From an uncultured Nitrososphaeraceae archaeon (GTDB lineage Archaea > Thermoproteota > Nitrososphaeria > Nitrososphaerales > Nitrososphaeraceae): a stretch of 64,000 nt of DNA. Of the stretch, positions 55,055 through 64,000 are shown piece after piece. The position numbers and the translations under genes were made by a program. The stretch lies in the NCBI GenBank assembly GCA_963779615.1, contig CAVZZA010000003.1, positions 384,001-448,000 of the forward strand, given 5' to 3'. Numbering within the stretch: the stretch's first letter is position 1; each line of letters starts with the position of its first letter. The notes under the pieces were generated by a model. The model did no database searches. It had not been told where the DNA came from and worked only from the letters and a program-made list of their open reading frames with translations.

Positions 55055-56040
55055 AGATCTCTTGCATAATTAGAAACAATATACTTCATTCAGTATGGCT
55101 GTGGATGAAGTCTATCTAAAAAGATGATAATATTCTATAGTTTACCAATCCCGATACTATATCCGATATTCCGTCGTACTTTCTTAACTTGTTTCTAAAT
55201 ATGTCTGCAAGGATTTTATATTTTTTAATTCTGCAGATGGTGTGCTCTATTATGACCCCTCTCTCTAGCATGGTTTTGGTTGTACTCTTTTTCTCCTATA
55301 GATGTCTCTTTTTGGTCCCTCTTCTTTCTGTTTGGCAGAGAGGACTTCTGGTCAGGAAAGTCTTTCCCAACTCCCAGATATCCAAGGTCAAACACGTTAA
55401 CAACATATTTGGGAGCAACAGGGCGATCCTTTTTATAAATATAATAATCATGTCTTCGTCCTCTCTTATGACCTGTTTTATGGATGATGAGGCCTTGGCT
55501 GTTAACCATAAGCTGTGTCTTTACGGTATGCCTTCCTTCTTTCCCGAGTAGTATATCTTTCGCCTTCTCCTATTTTCAGGCCTTGGTATCTGCTGTTCTG
55601 TACAGTCTATGAAAGACAGAAAGCCTGGAAAGTACTTTTCTACTTCGCTAGGTGTCTGCAGCCTTTTTGATAATCTGTTGTATACCTTTTGAGGTATTGG
55701 TACGCATTTTCTTATCAGCGGCTCCATCTTTTGGATATCCCTACAAATGTTACTCTGGTCTAGGTCAAAGAGAAAACCAGTTAAGGTGTAGGTTATGGAA
55801 AGACGGTAATACACCAAAAGCACCATAAGCCTGTTTTTTATGTTCAACTTGAAATGCCTGCCTGCCCCTATAGACCATTCTCTTTCCTTTCTTTTTGCTG
55901 ATAAACGCTGCATCTCGTGCTTGTCATATCTTTTTGTTATCTCTTTTTGTAAATATTATCAAACTCTTTTACTGTGAGTCCGATGAAATACTTGAAAAAG
56001 CATTGGTTTTCTGGATAACCTGTCATATGAAAGCAAAGAA
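55055..56040 (-). mobile_element. Second IS5-family copy, degenerate, one end not found
   Basis: Left end AGATCTCTTGCATAATTAGAAACA identical to 22373; transposase in pieces; similarity stops near 56040. Confidence 0.85.
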
Positions 56041-57073
56041 TTAGGTCAACAGGCAACTGATAGAAGAATTCTTTTGTTACCTGACCAGTGCTGACACGCC
56101 AGAGCTCCCAAAATGGACTGCCCAGTGTCTTGACAAGACATCCGGAATAGCCTTGTGGTATTCCTTGGCCACTGAAAAACATGATGGTGCAGGGCGCTGC
56201 TCCCTCCCTTCAGCAATTTGTTGCTAACCGCATGGTACTTCCCTCATCCGTGTTTCATGTACACCATAACCATCACCATAACATCCCCACGCAAGTGCAT
56301 GAAGGTATTTCCTGCTGCCTGCCTGGGTCTGGATGACCTCGGCATGCGGCACACGCCAAAGCATGGGCATCGATCTCCAAATCAAAAGCGGATGGACTTG
56401 ACCCCTTCCCTTCCGTGAGCAGACATCCTTCACGTACCCCTGGGCGAGGTTGACCCGCTTTGGGGTTGCCCCATAACCATCGCTGGGGTCGAAAGGCAGG
56501 AGATGCCTCTATGCGGCACGGCATACCTTACAAAATAAGAACGAAGCCATTGCCAAAATATTTATATATAAGTATAGAGGGGAAAGTTGTGTATTTTTAT
56601 AAACTTGTGTATTTTTATACACTGAACCCTGAGGAATTACCCATATATATCTATGGCGTGAACTTATATAACGAAATACAGAGTAGGATGTGCATTTGCC
56701 AAAGCCATTCGTTTGGGGATGGGGGGTGTTTTTCTGTTACCACTCACATAGGCCCCTTTTCGGGCTGATACGGCATTTTGGCCCTGGTGTTCGGATACCC
56801 ATCCACCATGGCGGCAGCATACACCATACCGCCGCTGGTTTGGACCCATGATACAGTTGTGGTTGTTAGACTGGTCTTTCTGCAATGCGCCATGTCGACG
56901 GTGCGGTGGCGACGTGCTTGTCTTACTGCCGCAAAAACGTGGGCAAGGCAAGCCCCCCTGGAAAGACAGTCTGCCTGCCTTCAATCAATGTGACTGGCTC
57001 ATGTGTTACTCCCTGGTGGTGAGCGTTATCGATAGCCATGGCCAAATGCCCTCGGTCCCAAGGTCAAGGTCAT

Positions 57074-57330
57074 CTAGATCTGCGCCATGCCCCCATCGAC
57101 GAACAGCTCAATGCCGGTGATGAAACTGCTGTCGTCTGACGCGAGGAATGTGGCGGCTTTCGCTATTTCGTCAGGGCTTCCCATCCACACCCAGCAGCGG
57201 CACAGCGTTCACGAGGTTTGCCTTTAACTACTAGCCTGGTCCCTCTTTGGACCATGCCGCTGGTCATCGGTGTGCCTTTCGGACCGGGGCTTGTGGCGTT
57301 GACGCGGATCCTGTGCTTTAGCACGACAGA
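57074..57330 (-). pseudogene. SDR oxidoreductase 3' fragment
   Basis: IRVNATSPGP and [36 protein letters not shown]. Confidence 0.8.
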
Positions 57331-57749
57331 CTAGCCTGCCATCGGCAAGGGGCGATGGCGATGACAGAGAGGGGAAAGGGGCTGTGGAAGGGAATAAATG
57401 TGAGGGTTTTGGGACTTGAGCCACAAGGCCTAGGGGTGTTGCCTCAAGCGGCATGGCCCACTGGTTTATATATGTATAGATATAAGCGAACACGCGATAG
57501 ATATAATGATGGGACCTTAATTACAGTTTGGTGTCCCTAAAGACACTGCAATTGCTTTTGCTTTCGGCAGGCCAAAATATGTGGGAAGGGCGGTATTGCG
57601 TGCCCCCTCCACCATAGCATATCGCCAAGACGCTAATAAGTAAACGGCGCACCGCTTTTGTGCCGTATCCTAAAGGGCAGATGGACCCAACTTTAACAGT
57701 CTATACCATCTATTGACTTTAACATCCTTTTAAAACCATTTAGTGGATT

Positions 57750-58520
57750 TTAGTGAAGGGCCAAGGGGCAGTAGAAATCTACAAGTCCCAAAATCCACCC
57801 TTGGCGATTGTAAAGGGTGTTCCAGTCCCGGTTCAGTGTGTCAATCATGGATCCTGGCCGCTGCACAGCATCGCACGGGTGACCATGCCTTCCAACACGG
57901 GCCAATGAAGGTTACAATAGCAAGGCCCACCACTTGTGCGGGTACAGCGTGCTTTGTGTTTGAAGCAATTCAGGGGCGACCGTCCAACTGCCATTAAAGG
58001 GGGGCGGGCCGGGCTATGTAGTGGCGATACTTGGGATTGGCGGACTTGGGCATCTGTCATTCAGTTCGCCAATAGGATGGGCTTTAATGCCATGGTCGTC
58101 AGAAGAGGGAATGACAAGAAGGCCATGGTAAAAAGGCTTTGTGGTTGCATTGCATTGACAGAAACGTGCAGAACGCAGTTGAGGAACCTGTCAGGTATGG
58201 AGAGTAGGATGGGGAGACGGATGTGGAGGCACAAAGGTGATACTTGCAACAGTGCCAGGTGAAAAGGCGATGATCTCTTTTTGGGTCGGGCTGTCAGCGA
58301 AGACTGGGTTATAAGTGCCTCTGACGAACTACTTCTAGTGCCCCCAACCCTACTTTTGTCAAAACGTCTGTCGATCACGGGCTGGCCTAGTGGCCCATCG
58401 CTAGACTCAGGACACGCTCGCCTTCAGCATGTTTTCTGGTGTGAGGTCCATGAATGAGGTCTTTTCTCTGTAGCGTGCAGCAGCATAAGCCAACGATCTA
58501 ATGTTGAGTGGCAAGGCATG
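57750..58520 (+). pseudogene. Zn-dependent alcohol dehydrogenase remnant
   Basis: GIGGLG, QFANRMGFN and ITGWPSG fragments in broken frames; boundaries approximate. Confidence 0.65.
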
Positions 58521-58935
58521 ATTTGGGGCGGGCCTTACAGCAGGGCATTAACCATAATAATTCGAAAATGCCTTGAAGACTGTATTTGTGAGTTAAAATC
58601 GCCATTGACCAGGGAGAAGTACTAAAGAAAGATGGGGAGAATCATTTTTTGATTTTATGAAACAAACCGGCACTATCACAGGCTTTCAGGATCTTTTTTG
58701 GGTATTGCAAAACTTGCAGCACTAGTGAAAGGACGGCTCCGGCGCCCTTTAGAGAATCCCTGTAACCCTAAATGGTTGTCCCAAACTCGATCAGTTTTTT
58801 GGAAAGCACCATGTTTTCTTGGATGAAGGGAAGGGGTACCCGTGGGGCTGTGGAGTCGCGGTACAATAAAGCATCGGGTTCATGTTCAGGTTGCCCCCTC
58901 ATCTCTTGTGTCGGCCGCATCGCCTTCCTCCCTCT

Positions 58936-59784
58936 CTATCCCCTTACGGACCCCAGCGTGAATCCCTTGATCATTTGCCTTTGAAATGCAATGACGAGGA
59001 CAATCACTGGCAGGATCGCAACAGTGATTCCCGCAGCCAAATAACCCCATTCTATCCTATACAGGGAAATAAACTGATAAAGCGCTACCTGAAATAGTGT
59101 GGAGTCCGGAGAGTTTGCGAGCACAACTGGAAGGACAAATTCATTCCAGGAAAAGATAAATGAGAATATTGATGCGACCGCAAATCCAGGCATAGATAAC
59201 GGTATAGTAATCCTTCTCAAAACCCCTATCTTTGAGCATCCATCGATTAACGCAGACTCCTCTAGTTCCTTTGGTATCGTCTCAAAATAGTTTTTTAGCA
59301 GCATGACGTTTAGTGGTATTATCAGTATTTGAAATGTAAGGATTAGAGAAATCAGGGAATTGAGCAGCCCCAGTTTTGCAAGAATGCTGTATAGGGGTAT
59401 TATGTTAATGACAATAGGTATCATAAACAAACCCAGGATAAGGTAAAAGAAAACATTCTTCGCCTTGAATTGAAACCTGGCTAGAGCATACCCGGCAAGG
59501 GCGCTAATTGTAACGTTTAAAATCATGCTCCCAAAGCTGACTATTAGGCTGTTGTACAGGCTCTTTATTATGGCAGAATTCGTAAACACAAAAAAATAGT
59601 TTTCAAGCGTGACCTTTTCAGGAATCAACTTTGGAGGAAAACTCATTGCCTCATCATTTGGTTTTAGGGATGTGGTGAAAACCCAAATCAAGGGAAACAA
59701 GGTGAGGCCTATAAATACAGATATCGCGACATAAACAAATGATTTTTCAATCTTTTCAATTCCCTTGTTGGAGAGTCTGCCCAT
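58936..59784 (-). CDS. Carbohydrate ABC transporter permease (MalG-like)
   Basis: EAA loop IPKELEESALIDG; FSWNEF. Confidence 0.93.
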   Translation of the reverse strand: MGRLSNKGIEKIEKSFVYVAISVFIGLTLFPLIWVFTTSLKPNDEAMSFPPKLIPEKVTLENYFFVFTNSAIIKSLYNSLIVSFGSMILNVTISALAGYALARFQFKAKNVFFYLILGLFMIPIVINIIPLYSILAKLGLLNSLISLILTFQILIIPLNVMLLKNYFETIPKELEESALIDGCSKIGVLRRITIPLSMPGFAVASIFSFIFSWNEFVLPVVLANSPDSTLFQVALYQFISLYRIEWGYLAAGITVAILPVIVLVIAFQRQMIKGFTLGSVRG

Positions 59785-59791
59785 GTCTATG

Positions 59792-60658
59792 TCATCTCCG
59801 TTTTAATGCAAGGATATACACGATAGCAACCGTTATGTTGATGAATAACAGCATTATTCCTGCTGCTGAGCCTTTCGACAAGAGCCCAAATTCAAATGCC
59901 TGCCTGTACATGTATAGTGAGGCAGGGGTGCTTGCATACAGGGGATTGCCCCCGGTCATTATCAAAGGTATTTCAAAAAAATTTACAGACCAGATTGTTA
60001 TCAGAATAATGTCTATTATTATGAACGACTTTAGCAGAGGAAGGGTCAGATAAACAAATGATTTGATTTTTGAGGCTCCATCCACCCTTGCAGATTCATA
60101 AATAGAGGGATTTATCGACAATAACCCTGCAGTGAGGAATAAAATGGTAAATGGCGTTCCGTACCAAACGTTTGCTATCATGATAGACCATACAACGATG
60201 TTTGGATCAGATAGCCATGCAACAGGGGAAAATCCGAGATAATTTAACATGTAGTTCATGATTCCGAAACTGTTGTCAAAAATAAACTTGAATGAAAAAG
60301 CAGCAATCAATCCTGAAGTTACCCAAGGAATCATAATGACGGCCATGAAAACTTGCTTTCCTTTAATGTTCTGATTCAGCAGGGAGGAAATGGCAAGGCC
60401 GATTAGAAACTGAAACGCCACTGATCCTCCAACAAATATCATGGATGTCTTAACCGATGTGTTAAAATTCGGATCACTCAGAACCTCAAAGAAGTTATCC
60501 AGCCATGCAAATTCCCATTCCTTGAGAATTGTGGTTATAGAGACTTCATGTAGGGAGATGTAAACATTCCAAAAGAACGGAAACAGCAGAAATACAAATA
60601 ATATTGATAGTGCCGGTAAGAGGTAAACATATGGCTCATATTTTGCTATGGCGCGCAT
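59792..60658 (-). CDS. Carbohydrate ABC transporter permease (MalF-like)
   Basis: EAA loop IYESARVDGAS. Confidence 0.93.
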   Translation of the reverse strand: MRAIAKYEPYVYLLPALSILFVFLLFPFFWNVYISLHEVSITTILKEWEFAWLDNFFEVLSDPNFNTSVKTSMIFVGGSVAFQFLIGLAISSLLNQNIKGKQVFMAVIMIPWVTSGLIAAFSFKFIFDNSFGIMNYMLNYLGFSPVAWLSDPNIVVWSIMIANVWYGTPFTILFLTAGLLSINPSIYESARVDGASKIKSFVYLTLPLLKSFIIIDIILITIWSVNFFEIPLIMTGGNPLYASTPASLYMYRQAFEFGLLSKGSAAGIMLLFINITVAIVYILALKRR

Positions 60659-60690
60659 TTCAGGAAAAAATAAAATGGGTTTTTCGGGGT

Positions 60691-62040
60691 TTACCGCCAG
60701 CCAAGAACATCAGCAGTCCTTTTGGCCGCATCGTCCAAAGCCTGCTTGGGTTCCTTGATGTGGTAAAAGACCTCGTCTATTGCCTGTTTTATGTTCTCAG
60801 CTATTTGTGGATATTCGGGAATGTTTGGCCTGCTGTGTCCCTGCGGTATCATGGAGACCAGTTCAGAGTAGTAGGGTATGGTGCTGTTAAGTTGGGATGC
60901 ATATCTTCCCTCACCTATTGGTTTTTGGGTTGGGAGGTAGCCTTCTTGTTGCAGCATTGGTGTCAAAATGTCCGGATTGACCATAAGTGTCAAAAGCTCC
61001 CATGCTAAATCCTTGTGTGGTGATGCTTGAGGGATACTCAACTCCCACCCTCCCATCATTGTAGTTGTGTTGACGTGGGAGGATGGAGTTGGAAACAGCG
61101 GAAGCATGCCTATTCTTTCATCCAATGTATTCCATTCGCTTCTAGGAAAAGTCCCCAACAACCATGATCCTTCCAACATGACTGCAAACTTTTTATCTGC
61201 AAATTCCTGCCCCCAAAAGTGGTTTGGCTGGGGTGCAATACCTGCATCTACCTGTTTTTTTAGGAACCCTAATGCCTCTACTCCCTGTGGGCTATTGAAA
61301 GTGGGATACCAGTATGACCCCTTTTCAGGATGGTTCGGTCTTTGTTCAAGTATTTGACCTCCAAGCATCCATAAATATGGGTACCACATGTCAGGCGAAT
61401 GAGCCGCTCCAACTAAATGCACCCCTTGGATTCCGCGGTCCTTCAATACATTGTTTAGTTTTTTGGCAGACTCTATATAGCCGTTCCATGTAGTCAGGTT
61501 TTCGGGGTTAATTCCGGCTTCTTTTATTAGGTCTTTCCAATACCACAATGCCCGCACGTCAGTCCATGACCAAATGCCATATGTTTTGTTGTTGTACTTG
61601 CCTCCTTCCCAGTTGGTCGGATACCATTCATTGGCTCTGCCCCAGTCTTTTGCCCTGTCGGTCAAGTCCATGAGAAAGCCACCTTCTGCAAATTCTCCAA
61701 GCCATATTTGATCTACGGATATCAAATCTATTGGGGTTTTCCCCGCCAGGGAAGTCAATATCTGTGTTCTGGTTGTGTCATATGGCAGCACACGATGGTC
61801 GATCTGGATATCCAGTTCTGGATGGTTTTGCCTCAACTTGACTAAAGCCTTTTCAAACAGGATATCCCATCTTTCCTTGGGTTCGGCAACAATTGCAGTG
61901 AGTTTTACTTGTTGCTGGCCGAATACTGTTTCACAATTATTTTGCATGTAAACAGACACAAAGACAATTAAAGCTAATGCAGTCAGTGAAGATGCAAATA
62001 ACTTCATTAGTCTTATAGCTATAGCACCTTTTTTAAGCAT
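60691..62040 (-). CDS. Sugar ABC transporter substrate-binding protein
   Basis: Signal peptide; DQIWLGEFA, FAVMLEGSW and MGGWELSI motifs. Confidence 0.9.
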   Translation of the reverse strand: MLKKGAIAIRLMKLFASSLTALALIVFVSVYMQNNCETVFGQQQVKLTAIVAEPKERWDILFEKALVKLRQNHPELDIQIDHRVLPYDTTRTQILTSLAGKTPIDLISVDQIWLGEFAEGGFLMDLTDRAKDWGRANEWYPTNWEGGKYNNKTYGIWSWTDVRALWYWKDLIKEAGINPENLTTWNGYIESAKKLNNVLKDRGIQGVHLVGAAHSPDMWYPYLWMLGGQILEQRPNHPEKGSYWYPTFNSPQGVEALGFLKKQVDAGIAPQPNHFWGQEFADKKFAVMLEGSWLLGTFPRSEWNTLDERIGMLPLFPTPSSHVNTTTMMGGWELSIPQASPHKDLAWELLTLMVNPDILTPMLQQEGYLPTQKPIGEGRYASQLNSTIPYYSELVSMIPQGHSRPNIPEYPQIAENIKQAIDEVFYHIKEPKQALDDAAKRTADVLGWR

Positions 62041-62138
62041 TACTCGTAGTAAAAATCCCCAACTGCCTCATTTCCAGAATAATAACCTGTTTTAAATGTT
62101 CATTAGGTTATGGGACAATGAACCGTTAGGCGCGACAA

Positions 62139-63224
62139 TCAATCTACCCTCATTCCTTCTTGGTTGAAACAATGTATCTTTGAATACTCAATTCCCAGTT
62201 CTATTTTTTCACCAGGATGGAAGTTGTTTGATATGGTGTTTGTTGCAACAAGTAAATTATTTGATTCAACATTTACCTCGATTATAGTGTCATCACCCAG
62301 CATTTCAATAAAAGTTACAACTCCCTGGAATCTTATCTCTGCCGTCACATTTGCTCCTTTAGCGATAATTATGTCCCTTGGTCTTACTCCAAGAACAAAT
62401 TCTGTTGGCATATTTTTCCCCAGTAATGACTTGTCGGCAAGTGGAATAGATACCGATCCCGAAAATAAATGCATTGACTTGTCACTGACTGACCCCTTGA
62501 TTAAATTCATAGGCGGGTTGCCGATAAACTGGCCCACAAATGTATTCTTGGGATGGTTATAAACCTCATCGGGAGTTCCGATGTGCTGTATCATGCCGTT
62601 TTTCATTACGGCAATCCTATCAGCCATGCTCATGGCCTCAACTTGATCATGTGTTATGTAAAGGGTGGTTATTCTAATCTTCTTTTGGAGTTTCTTTATT
62701 TCTGTCCTCATGTGCGTTCGAAGCTTTGCATCCAAATTACTCAGTGGTTCATCCATGAGAAACAATTTGGGTTCCCTGACCAAAGCTCTACCTAGGGCCA
62801 CCCTTTGCATCTGTCCACCGCTTAGTTCCTTTGGTTTTCTCCCCAAAAGTTCTCTTATGCCCAAAAGTTCTGCCATGTCAGTGACTTTTTCTTGAATGAG
62901 GGATTTGGATTTCCTTCTCATTTTTAGCGGGAATGCAATGTTGTCATAAACCGACATGTGCGGGTAAAGAGCATAGTTTTGAAAAACCATTGCCACATCT
63001 CTGTCCCGGGGAGACAGTTCATTTATTTTTTCATCCCCTAGAAATATTTGTCCACTCGAGGGTGATGCTAAGCCTGCTATGCACCTTAATGCGGTGGTCT
63101 TTCCGCACCCAGATGGACCCAAAAGCACCATGAATTCTCCAGATTGGATGTCGATGCTAAAACCATTCAGTACGTTCGCATCTCCGTACTTTTTGGTGAG
63201 TTTTTCTATCTTGAGATTGACCAT
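62139..63224 (-). CDS. Carbohydrate ABC transporter ATPase (MalK/UgpC-like)
   Basis: GPSGCGKT, VFQNYALYPHM, LSGGQ, DEPLSNLD, THDQ. Confidence 0.96.
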   Translation of the reverse strand: MVNLKIEKLTKKYGDANVLNGFSIDIQSGEFMVLLGPSGCGKTTALRCIAGLASPSSGQIFLGDEKINELSPRDRDVAMVFQNYALYPHMSVYDNIAFPLKMRRKSKSLIQEKVTDMAELLGIRELLGRKPKELSGGQMQRVALGRALVREPKLFLMDEPLSNLDAKLRTHMRTEIKKLQKKIRITTLYITHDQVEAMSMADRIAVMKNGMIQHIGTPDEVYNHPKNTFVGQFIGNPPMNLIKGSVSDKSMHLFSGSVSIPLADKSLLGKNMPTEFVLGVRPRDIIIAKGANVTAEIRFQGVVTFIEMLGDDTIIEVNVESNNLLVATNTISNNFHPGEKIELGIEYSKIHCFNQEGMRVD

Positions 63225-64000
63225 GTCTAGCCTTGTCTGAGGTTTATTATAATTTGTACCACAATAAAGAATTACGTCAGAATGATTGATGAAAGCATTC
63301 TATAGCATAGAGCGGCATATAAAAAGTTCTCGACAAATGATCTTAAAACTTTCTGTGGGTGATGCTTCTACAGCCGGCAGGGGATTACAAAGAATATCAG
63401 AACTTGTATTGCAAATCGGTGACTTTTGTGTAACGTGCATCTCCAGCAGCGTTCATCTGGGATACAATTAGCCTATTCACACATATTTTGTATTTTTATC
63501 AAAATGGAATGCAAAAATACTAGAACCAAGAGATGGAATAGGCGGTCACTAAATTCCCAAATATACAAATATGTCCATCAATTCATAGGACATCATCAAA
63601 AGTAAGACACCCCAGGCAGCGATTGAGATTGATGAAGATTCTAGAGCATACGATCTAGCTAAGACGCAACCTAACACACAGGGTAAACATGAAATGTCCT
63701 AAGCAAAATCACCGATTGATATCCAACTAAAACAGTGACAGAGGTTTTAGGCAGCATTAAGAATTAGAAAAGACGATTCTTTCATACCCATGATTTCATA
63801 TCCGGAATAGCTCAATTTTACAATTGGAATTAAAATACAAATTGCTAAGGGCCATTGTTACTTGAATTCGGGTAAATCCAAATTCCATTGTTCTATGCAA
63901 TCTCATGTTTGGAACAAAAATGGAATTATAATAAATATTTCTTGTCTGTTGAAGCACGGGGAAGTGGGTCCGAGTAATAGAAATACATATAGCAAGAATT

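Overview
AT-rich archaeal DNA. Gene content (intron-containing tRNA, DUF99, PsbP-like, Lrp/AsnC, beta-carbonic anhydrase) suggests a Nitrososphaeraceae-like thaumarchaeon; this taxon call is inference. About 39 kb (2332-41597) is a tyrosine-integrase element inserted in the 3' end of tRNA-Ala(TGC) and bounded by a 16-bp direct repeat. Its left end holds the integrase, an AbrB-like gene and an SF3-helicase-like Rep. The main observation is a ~175-bp quasi-palindromic repeat built from TGTCTCCGG-like 9-mers. One copy lies inside the 3' end of rep and seven more follow, all in the same orientation and only between 8.2 and 32 kb. They separate 1.2-6.6 kb blocks of unrelated cargo (Kelch, NTPase-TPR, Mrr-like nuclease, HtrA, TIR-discoidin, beta-helix protein). 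One copy carries a displaced duplicate of the rep 3' tail that starts exactly at the repeat. This looks like a cassette array delimited by origin-like sites; the function is inferred, not shown. Right of the element lie a duplicated att-containing block, CBS-TrkH, ferritin-like, anion permease and carbonic anhydrase genes, an IS5 remnant, GC-rich pseudogene debris and an intact carbohydrate ABC transporter operon. All family calls come from reading motifs by eye; no database searches were run.
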